Source: Candidatus Methylomirabilis oxygeniifera | GTDB lineage: Bacteria; Methylomirabilota; Methylomirabilia; Methylomirabilales; Methylomirabilaceae | Reading direction: 5' to 3' | Assembly (NCBI GenBank): GCA_000091165.1 | Contig: FP565575.1 | Location: 1,950,001 to 1,982,000 of the forward strand | Length of the DNA stretch: 32,000 nt | Shown here: positions 25,101-32,000 of the stretch, piece after piece | Layout of the letters: each line of letters starts with the position of its first letter | How positions within the stretch are numbered: the first letter of the stretch is position 1 | The notes under the pieces: model-generated | Databases searched by the model: none | What the model was told of the DNA's origin: nothing | The model's input: only the letters and a program-made list of their open reading frames with translations | Made by a program: the position numbers and the translations under genes

Positions 25101-25197
25101 TTAGAGGGTCTAGGGTGTAAGGTGTAGTTAAATGCAAATGCCCCTCTAATCAGTACGTCTTTCATTCTCTACCCTTCACCCTTTACCCTATACCCTG
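25101..25197. repeat. Heptamer (TAGGGTR) inverted-repeat element in the ddl|mraY spacer
   Basis: Plus-strand units are TAGGGTG TAAGGTG TAGTTAA (25111-25131). Minus-strand units are CAGGGTA TAGGGTA AAGGGTG AAGGGTA (rc of 25170-25197). There is also an inner 8-bp pair, TTAGAGGG (25101-25108) with CCCTCTAA (25142-25149). Confidence 0.8.
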
Positions 25198-25200
25198 CTC

Positions 25201-26511
25201 TTATTTGCCCGGAGTCACCAGATGTCGTCGATCCACCAACGCCTTACCCTCGGTCGATTTGAACTGAGTTGACCGCTTATCCCGATGGGCCTCAAGCGCC
25301 AATTCCACCAGGCGAACGATCAACTCCGCCGGTTTTACCCCGCTTCGCTCCCAGAGGGTAAGGGACAGCGATCCGGGCATAGTATTGATCTCATTGACGT
25401 ACGGCTTCATAGCGGCCGAATCGACCAGGAAATCAACCCGGGAGATCCCGCGCGAATCGATCGACTTGAAGGCCGCTGCCGCTATGGATCGTATCTCATC
25501 AGAAAGCGCCTGGGGAATTCTGGCTGGGATAATACTCGGTGCCAGGTCTGCGCTCCCCGGCTTCTTATTCTCCGGGTACTTATCGCGGTAGCCCACAACC
25601 TCACCCGAGCTGATAAGTTCCTCGCACTCCGAGACGGTCAAGGCGTGATTCCCGATGACGCCACATTGCACCTCGATCCGCTGCTGTACGGCTCGCTCGA
25701 CCAGCACACGACAACTGAAACGCATCGCGCGCTTCGCGAGGCTCAGCGCTTCAACCGCATCATGCGCCACACCGATACCGACACTGGAACCTGCCACGGC
25801 AGGCTTAACCACCACCGGATAGCTCAGTATGCGCTCAAGCGCCTGTACGACAGCCGCCTCATCTTCCAATAGTTCACGCCGGGTCACACCGATCCCCTCG
25901 ACAACGGGAAGGCCTGCGCCCTGGAATACAAGCTTGGAAATAATCTTATCCATTCCCACCGCCGAGGCGGCCACCCCGGCCCCGACATATGGCAGGTTGG
26001 CCAGTTCACACAGACCCTGAATCGTTCCATCCTCGCCATGCGTCCCGTGAATGACCGGGAAGGCCACGTCGATAGTGGGATGGAGCGTCTTACGAAGCCA
26101 GCCCTTCCGTTCCTGTTGCGGCATCAACCCGCCGACCGACGGATCCGGCGACAGAAAGAGCGGCTCAACCCCCGTTGCGTTCACGCCCCGGTCCAGGTTC
26201 TCGAGCTGCGGCGCGTATCGTTCGCGATTCAGCCGCAACTTTTCGGCATCGAGCCTCACTCGCTCATCCGGTCCGGCCATGGCGCCACGCTCCGCCAGCT
26301 TTCGTATTTCAGCATCGACCATCAACAGGTCTCGAACCGCCTCGCCGGTGAGCCACGTACCCTCCGCCGTCAGAAAGATCGGCAGCGTCTCGAACCGATC
26401 CTGCAGCGACAGCAAGACCTCGTAGACCTTGCCCGCGGTCATAATCGAAACCTCGCGCTCTACCGAGCGGCTTCCGAAGATCAGCCCTATGCGTGTCAGG
26501 CTGCTGTTCAT
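25201..26511 (-). CDS. ddl: D-alanine--D-alanine ligase, long form (436 aa)
   Basis: The N-terminus is IGLIFGSRSVEREVSIMTA. HGTHGEDGTIQGL is present, along with the ATP-grasp core and the EINTMPG motif. The omega-loop K-Y (YRDKY) is retained. The ATG overlaps the murF stop as ATGA. Confidence 0.9.
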   Translation of the reverse strand: MNSSLTRIGLIFGSRSVEREVSIMTAGKVYEVLLSLQDRFETLPIFLTAEGTWLTGEAVRDLLMVDAEIRKLAERGAMAGPDERVRLDAEKLRLNRERYAPQLENLDRGVNATGVEPLFLSPDPSVGGLMPQQERKGWLRKTLHPTIDVAFPVIHGTHGEDGTIQGLCELANLPYVGAGVAASAVGMDKIISKLVFQGAGLPVVEGIGVTRRELLEDEAAVVQALERILSYPVVVKPAVAGSSVGIGVAHDAVEALSLAKRAMRFSCRVLVERAVQQRIEVQCGVIGNHALTVSECEELISSGEVVGYRDKYPENKKPGSADLAPSIIPARIPQALSDEIRSIAAAAFKSIDSRGISRVDFLVDSAAMKPYVNEINTMPGSLSLTLWERSGVKPAELIVRLVELALEAHRDKRSTQFKSTEGKALVDRRHLVTPGK

Positions 26512-28214
26512 GCGAACTCCAGGTAGGTATCCGGCAGCCGATTCTCATACAGCAGAACATCGCCTTCGCAGACGATCGCCTTGAGACAGTCGGCTACTTC
26601 GTCCGCGTGTCTGGCTATCAGGACTCGACTTCCGGAAAAACCGGCCTCGCGAAGCCCTTCCTGTAACGGTTGTGTCTGCTGTGGTCCGACCAATACCACA
26701 TAATCGCACACCGCAGCCGCCGCCCGGCCCAAGCGGCGATTCTCCTCTGCCTCGATCTGACCCAGCTCCACCAGTCCCGGCGTGATCAGGATCTTCGAAC
26801 CTCCCTCAAACTGGCTGAGAACCTCCAAGGCCATCTGCGCCCCGCGCGGGTTGGCGTTGGCCACATCGATCAGTTTGATAACCCCGCCTTCTTCGCGAAT
26901 CTCCAGGCGCTTTGGGGCTGGCGCCAACGCCCTGACGCCAGCGGCAATCTCCTCCAGGGGCACGCCGCACTCCAGCGCCGCAGCCGTTGCCCCCAGGATA
27001 TTGCCGATGTTCCAGCCGCCCAGTAGTCTGGTCTCGAACATGGCAGCGCCATGCCCGGTCTCCACGCGAAAGGCCGAACCCTTACTGGAGAGCGTAACAT
27101 CTTTCCCGCGGACACCCAGCGCCCTCTCGTCCTCGCCGATCCCGTACAAGAGCACGCGCCGACCTTCCTGTCTCGCACGCTCGGCCAACCGCAGGCAGAC
27201 CGGATCGTCGGCGTTCACGATCGCCAAGCCGTCCGGTGGAAGCGAATCGATCAGCTCATACTTCGCCTCGGCGATCCGCTCCGGCGTGCCGAATCGCTCG
27301 AGGTGTTGGACCCCAACCGCCGTAAGGATACCGATCCGAGGCCGCAAGACCTCGCACACCTCCCTGATCTCGCCGGGGCCGTACGCCGCCACTTCGACAA
27401 CAAAGAAGCGGTGATCGTCCCGCAGCCCCTCGCGAACGACCCGCACGATACCCATCGTGGTATTGACCCCATCCGGTGTCTTAAAGACCGGGTAGCGTCC
27501 ATGAAGCAACGCGGCGGTAATAAACTTGGTCGTGGTCTTCCCATAGCTCCCCGTGATCCCGATTACCTCTCCGGGATAGCGCCGCATACGCGCCGTTGCC
27601 TGCGCATAGAAACGCCGATTGATCGTCCGCTCCAACGGGGCGAGGCTCGCATTTGCCGCGAGGATCGTACCCGCTGCGACCTCAGACACCGTGAAAAGGC
27701 CGGCGACCAGGCCGATACCAACAAGGAGGGTGCGGGGAGCCACCGTAAGCCGGGACAACACGACCACACTCGACCAGGAGATGACAAGCAGGACCGCCGC
27801 TGCCAGAACGGACGTGACCGCTGCCAGGCGCACCGTTCGGGAGGTCCACTGCAATCGCTGGCTGACCTGAAGCGAGGTATACCGGGTTCTCAACCAGATC
27901 CCGGCGGCCAGCCAGACGATATACAACATGCCTATCCCAACGTACCTGAAGCCGAGAATGGAAGAGAGGGGCAAGCACGCAAAGAGGATTCCGGCCCCCA
28001 GAACTGCCGCCTGGACGAGGACTCCTCGGCCGTCCAGGACGATGCCCCAGTGCCTGACGATCCAGCCCCGCAGTCGCGCGCCGTTGTACCGCTCTAACTG
28101 GGCAAGGTAGATCAGATCCAGATGGCGTGCCACTGCGACCGCCACATACGGCAATAGACCGGTGACGGCCCGACCCGCAAACGAAGACCCGAGCGTCGTA
28201 TCCGACTGCATCAT
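26508..28214 (-). CDS. murF: MurF-like Mur ligase with polytopic membrane N-terminal region
   Basis: The central and C-terminal Mur-ligase domains are present (GITGSYGKTTTK, VGVQHLERFGTPERIAEAKYEL, NADDP). The first ~190 aa carry four hydrophobic helices instead of MurF domain 1. The start is chosen at ATG 28212-28214, an ATGA overlap with the hydrolase stop. A GTG at 28229 is the alternative. Confidence 0.8.
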   Translation of the reverse strand: MMQSDTTLGSSFAGRAVTGLLPYVAVAVARHLDLIYLAQLERYNGARLRGWIVRHWGIVLDGRGVLVQAAVLGAGILFACLPLSSILGFRYVGIGMLYIVWLAAGIWLRTRYTSLQVSQRLQWTSRTVRLAAVTSVLAAAVLLVISWSSVVVLSRLTVAPRTLLVGIGLVAGLFTVSEVAAGTILAANASLAPLERTINRRFYAQATARMRRYPGEVIGITGSYGKTTTKFITAALLHGRYPVFKTPDGVNTTMGIVRVVREGLRDDHRFFVVEVAAYGPGEIREVCEVLRPRIGILTAVGVQHLERFGTPERIAEAKYELIDSLPPDGLAIVNADDPVCLRLAERARQEGRRVLLYGIGEDERALGVRGKDVTLSSKGSAFRVETGHGAAMFETRLLGGWNIGNILGATAAALECGVPLEEIAAGVRALAPAPKRLEIREEGGVIKLIDVANANPRGAQMALEVLSQFEGGSKILITPGLVELGQIEAEENRRLGRAAAAVCDYVVLVGPQQTQPLQEGLREAGFSGSRVLIARHADEVADCLKAIVCEGDVLLYENRLPDTYLEFA

Positions 28215-28978
28215 CGGCCGTCCTGCCACAAGAACTCCCTCGCCACCCGGCTAAAACGGTCCGGCTGATCGACAAACGGGAAATGGCCGGCCCCTTCAAA
28301 CACCTCCAACCGCGAGCCCTGTATGCCGCGCGCCATGATCTCCATCGAAGAAAAAGGTACCTCCTGATCCCGATCTCCCCAGATGATCAGCGTAGGCACG
28401 CGAATAGACGGCAAGATCCCTCGAAGATCTTCGCCGACGACCTTGACCAGCGTAGCGCGCATAGGTCCGGCGTTCCGATAGTCCCGCGATCCTATCCGTC
28501 GATAGAGTTCGGCTACAATCCGCTCGCCCAGCCTACCCCACACAGGTAACGAAAACAGCCGTTTTGCCAGCTTCACGGAGCCGACCTTGACGCGAAACAG
28601 AAGCCCTCGTCTCGGGCGGATCCCCGCACTGGCCGCCAGAATAAGACTTCGAACCCTGTCGGGCCTTTGAGCGGCTAACACAAGCGCGATTCGGCCTCCA
28701 AATGAATGCCCGATCAGGTCGGCCGTCTGGATACCAATGCGATCCATGAACGCCTCGACATAGGACGCATACTCCCATGTCCCCCACGTTGTCGTAGCGG
28801 ATGGGGTCCAGCCAAAACCCGGCAGGTCAAGCGCGTATACCCGGAATCGATCCTCTAACGCCTTGGCAACGACACTCAATGACTCGGCCGAGGTGCCCCA
28901 TCCATGCAGAAGAACCACCGGCCTGCCCTCTCCCCACACAATGAAATGGGTGTCCAGGTCACCAACACGAATCAGCAC
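28211..28978 (-). CDS. Alpha/beta-fold serine hydrolase
   Basis: HGWG forms the oxyanion region, GHSFGG is the nucleophile elbow, GDRDQEV carries the acid, and GAGHFPF carries the His. GTG start. Confidence 0.85.
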   Translation of the reverse strand: MLIRVGDLDTHFIVWGEGRPVVLLHGWGTSAESLSVVAKALEDRFRVYALDLPGFGWTPSATTTWGTWEYASYVEAFMDRIGIQTADLIGHSFGGRIALVLAAQRPDRVRSLILAASAGIRPRRGLLFRVKVGSVKLAKRLFSLPVWGRLGERIVAELYRRIGSRDYRNAGPMRATLVKVVGEDLRGILPSIRVPTLIIWGDRDQEVPFSSMEIMARGIQGSRLEVFEGAGHFPFVDQPDRFSRVAREFLWQDGR

Positions 28979-28991
28979 ACCACCACCAAAT

Positions 28992-29113
28992 ACAGGGTAT
29001 AGGGTATAGGGTGTAGGGTGTAAGAACAGGGTTCAGAGTATTAGGGGGTAGAGTGTAACAAAGAGTTTCTTGGTGTTTTCTTAACTCCATACCCTTTACC
29101 CTACACCCTGTCT
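28992..29113. repeat. Heptamer (TAGGGTR) inverted-repeat element in the murE|hydrolase spacer
   Basis: There are about ten period-7 units on the plus strand from 28993 (CAGGGTA TAGGGTA TAGGGTG TAGGGTG TAAGAAC AGGGTTC AGAGTAT TAGGGGG TAGAGTG ...). Three inverted units lie at 29088-29110 (rc CAGGGTG TAGGGTA AAGGGTA) and overlap the last murE codons. Confidence 0.85.
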
Positions 29114-30615
29114 TTACGGCGGAACCCCAACTCGTGAAGCGCCTCTCGCGCCACCAATCGATCATCAAAGGGGATCGTTCGATCGCGAAGAATCTGGTAG
29201 GTCTCGTGTCCCTTCCCCGCGATCACCACCATGTCACCTCTACCCGCCAGCGAGAGGGCCTCCCGAATTGCCATCCCTCGGTCTAAAATTGTAACATAGC
29301 CCTTACCCTGCCCCCACACCTTTTTCGCCCCGGTTTCGATCTCCTCAATGATCTGATGAGGGTCCTCACCACGAGGATTATCGGATGTGATCACCGTGAA
29401 GTCGGCCAATTCCAGAGCGGCTTCTCCCATGAGCGGACGCTTCCCCCGATCGCGCTCTCCTCCGCATCCAAACAGGACGATCAGGCGTCCTGGACAGCAT
29501 TGCCGCGCCATGCGGAGGACACGTCGCAGCGCGTCCGGGGTATGCGCATAATCAACCATCACACTGAACGCCTGCCCAGTCTCCACCCGCTCACACCGAC
29601 CCGGAACGTGATGGAGCGCTGCGATCCCGTCGGCCACCGCGGACAAATCCGCGCCCAGATGCAACCCTGTAGCGGCAGCCGCCAGGATGTTGGACAGGTT
29701 GTAGCGTCCCAGTAGCGGAGAGCGAATCGCCGTCGTCCCCCACGGCGTCTGCAACCGGCACCGGATTCCGTCCGGCCCCATCTTGACATCAGCAACCGAC
29801 AGATCCGCCGGTCCCTCCACGCTGTAGCTGTAACGCCTCACCCGCGTCGCCCCAAGAAAGAGATCTGCGGCCGGATCATCCAGATTGACGACCGCCGCCT
29901 TCTCCGTCGTTTTTGTTGACCCTACGCCCAATCCCTCAAACATGGACAGCTTTGCGCTCCGATACGCCTCCATGGTGCCATGAAAGTCCAGATGGTCCTG
30001 CGTCAGGTTCGTGAACACGGCCACGTCAAACTCGCAGCCATCAACGCGATGCAAAGCCAGGGCGTGCGATGAGACCTCCATGACCACACTATCGGCGCGC
30101 AGACGCGCCATCCGTTCGAGGAGCGCTTGCAGATCGCAGGATTCCGGTGTGGTCCGCGCCGCCTCCAGCTCCAGCTCGTTACAGCGATACCCGATCGTGC
30201 CGATCAGTCCGACCTGATGCCCCGCGCACCGTAGCACCGACTCGACCAGGTAGGTCGTGGTGGTCTTGCCGTTGGTCCCGGTCACTCCCACCATGGAGAG
30301 ACTGCGCGAGGGATGACCGTAGAACCGACACGCAACGGCAGCAAGGCTTTGCCGGGTATTCGCCACCTTCACCACCGTCCCGCCCTGCAGCGCCGCCTCC
30401 GTCAGATCGGTTCGCTCTACCAGGGCTGCAACAGCGCCTGCTGCCCAGGCGGCCTGAATAAAGTCGTGGCCATCCCGCCTGAACCCTCCGATACATACGA
30501 ACAGATCGCCGGGCTTTACCTGTCTGGAATCGTACCGGATCTCATGAACCTCCAGATCGACGGACCCGCGGAGGACCTGGTGCTCGGTTCCGTTAATTAA
30601 GTCGAAAAGCTGCAT
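29101..30615 (-). CDS. murE: UDP-N-acetylmuramoyl-L-alanyl-D-glutamate--2,6-diaminopimelate ligase
   Basis: GVTGTNGKTTTT is the P-loop. The DNPR motif (TSDNPRGEDP) indicates meso-DAP specificity. The start is set at ATG 30613-30615 (GGAAGGGA upstream). The ORF-track TTG at 30654 is the alternative. Confidence 0.92.
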   Translation of the reverse strand: MQLFDLINGTEHQVLRGSVDLEVHEIRYDSRQVKPGDLFVCIGGFRRDGHDFIQAAWAAGAVAALVERTDLTEAALQGGTVVKVANTRQSLAAVACRFYGHPSRSLSMVGVTGTNGKTTTTYLVESVLRCAGHQVGLIGTIGYRCNELELEAARTTPESCDLQALLERMARLRADSVVMEVSSHALALHRVDGCEFDVAVFTNLTQDHLDFHGTMEAYRSAKLSMFEGLGVGSTKTTEKAAVVNLDDPAADLFLGATRVRRYSYSVEGPADLSVADVKMGPDGIRCRLQTPWGTTAIRSPLLGRYNLSNILAAAATGLHLGADLSAVADGIAALHHVPGRCERVETGQAFSVMVDYAHTPDALRRVLRMARQCCPGRLIVLFGCGGERDRGKRPLMGEAALELADFTVITSDNPRGEDPHQIIEEIETGAKKVWGQGKGYVTILDRGMAIREALSLAGRGDMVVIAGKGHETYQILRDRTIPFDDRLVAREALHELGFRRKDRV

Positions 30616-32000
30616 TGCGGATCCCTTCCGCCAGCCGAAACGGCGCTCGGTCAACTGGGGTCTTCCTAAGGTGCTTCAGGGACTCACGAGCAATCTCCCG
30701 GAACGTCGGCGCCGCAATCGATCCGCCCCAACGGAGTGTGGTCGGCTCATCAATGATGACGATAATAGCCAGTCGAGGCCGCTCTACCGGGACAAACCCG
30801 ACAAACGACGCCACCACCTTATGTCGAGAGTAACGGCCGGTCGCTCGATCTACCTTCTGAGAGGTCCCGGTCTTGCCTGCTACTTCGAATCCCTCCACGG
30901 CAGCGGCCTTTCCCGTTCCTTCCGTCACGACTCCCTTAAGAATAGTCGCAAGGGTTCTCGCGGTATCTTCCGAGATAACTCGTCTGACCTGCATCGGTGC
31001 GTTCTCGAGGACAACTTGGCCGTCCGCCGCAACGATTGATTTCGCAACGTATGGACGAATCAGGTTGCCGCCGTTCGCAATAGCGCTCATCGCCGTTAAC
31101 ATCTGCAGCGGACTGACGGAGATCTCCTGTCCGATGGAGAGCGATGCGAGCGAGAGGGCCGACCACTCCTTCGGACGTCGGATCAAACCGGGCGTCTCTC
31201 CCGGCAGATCGATCTTAGTAAGATTCCCGAACCCGAACCCGCTGATGTAATCGTAGTAGTGGCTTTTGCCTAACCGCTGGCCGACCCTAATAGCCCCCAC
31301 ATTACTGGAGTGAGCCATCACCTCGGCAAACGTGAGGGTCTCAAACCGTTCGTGATCCCGAATCGTGACCCCGCCCACCTCGATGGCGCCCCCCTCAGCG
31401 TTGAACCGGTCTTCTGGCCGCACAAGCCTTTCCTCCAGGGCACCGGCGCCCACGATGGCCTTGAATGCCGACCCCGGCTCGTAGTAATCAGCCACCGCGC
31501 GATTCCGACGGGCGAACGCCGATGCCTCGGCATACACATTAGGGTCAAACGTCGGATAGTTGGCAAGCGCCAGGATCTCGCCGCTGAAAGGATCCATCAC
31601 AATGGCGCTGCCGCTGAGCGCGACGGATTGGCTCACCGCAGCCTCCAGCTCCCGCTCAGTGATATACTGGATCACCTCATCAATCGTCAGATGCAGATCT
31701 GAACCCTGTGCTTCGCCGGCTTCCTCTCTGAAGATCGGCCGACGCTTGGCATCCTGTTGCCGCATGATCCACTTACGCTTACCGGCCAGGTAGATATCGT
31801 ACTGCAGTTCAAGTCCTTCCAGTCCCTGGTCGTCCGTCCCGACAAATCCCAGCAGGTGGGCTGCCTGTTGGGATTTCGGATAAAATCGCTTACCATGCAC
31901 ATCGGATCCGATCCCCTTCAGCATAAGGCGCTCCACTGCCTCCGCCTCCTCAGCAGAGGCTGATCGCTTGAGGTAGACAAACGACTTTCCTGCTCGCAAT
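30593..32000 (-). CDS. ftsI: Peptidoglycan D,D-transpeptidase FtsI / PBP3 (N-terminus outside the window)
   Basis: The transpeptidase motifs are SAFK (SxxK), SSN (SxN) and KTGT. The gene lies upstream of murE. The ORF is open to the right edge of the window. Confidence 0.9.
   Translation of the reverse strand, partial: LRAGKSFVYLKRSASAEEAEAVERLMLKGIGSDVHGKRFYPKSQQAAHLLGFVGTDDQGLEGLELQYDIYLAGKRKWIMRQQDAKRRPIFREEAGEAQGSDLHLTIDEVIQYITERELEAAVSQSVALSGSAIVMDPFSGEILALANYPTFDPNVYAEASAFARRNRAVADYYEPGSAFKAIVGAGALEERLVRPEDRFNAEGGAIEVGGVTIRDHERFETLTFAEVMAHSSNVGAIRVGQRLGKSHYYDYISGFGFGNLTKIDLPGETPGLIRRPKEWSALSLASLSIGQEISVSPLQMLTAMSAIANGGNLIRPYVAKSIVAADGQVVLENAPMQVRRVISEDTARTLATILKGVVTEGTGKAAAVEGFEVAGKTGTSQKVDRATGRYSRHKVVASFVGFVPVERPRLAIIVIIDEPTTLRWGGSIAAPTFREIARESLKHLRKTPVDRAPFRLAEGIRNAAFRLN

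Noticed and set aside
27051-28097. 348-aa plus-strand ORF opposite murF
   Set aside because: It is antisense to the Mur-ligase domains and has an Arg/Asp/Pro-rich low-information sequence.
28992-29062. Possible CRISPR array
   Set aside because: The period is 7 nt with no spacers. The units are far too short for CRISPR repeats, and no cas genes are present.

Overview
Bacterial chromosomal window, GC-rich overall, with all confident genes but one on the minus strand. It has three parts. (1) 1 to about 6000 is an accessory-looking patch with visibly lower GC. Spot counts: row 661-720 has 24/60 G+C and row 1081-1140 has 28/60, against 41/60 for row 20401-20460. It holds a partial YceI-like gene, four orphan genes, a PIN/Phd toxin-antitoxin pair in reversed order with a perfect 22-bp palindromic operator, several repeat families, a Cys-less TusA-like protein with a Pro/Ala tail, and a lipoprotein. 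(2) 6.1-13.7 kb holds a minus-strand string of an HAO-family octaheme cytochrome c, a formate/nitrite transporter, a P-type cation ATPase and a DUF488 protein, followed by MscS and IclR. (3) 13.7-32 kb is a dcw division/cell-wall cluster: ftsI(partial)-murE-[a/b hydrolase-murF-ddl]-mraY-murD-ftsW-murG-murC-murB-ftsQ-ftsA-ftsZ-(zinc ribbon)-yggS. The most unusual feature is the hydrolase-murF-ddl trio. It is bracketed by the only two long spacers in the cluster, and both spacers carry inverted TAGGGTR heptamer arrays with G-quadruplex motifs. Its MurF has a roughly 190-aa polytopic membrane region where the UDP-binding N-domain normally sits. No rRNA, tRNA, CRISPR array, transposase or integrase was seen. 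All family calls come from reading motifs by eye, with no database search, and starts are chosen from SD and overlap logic.
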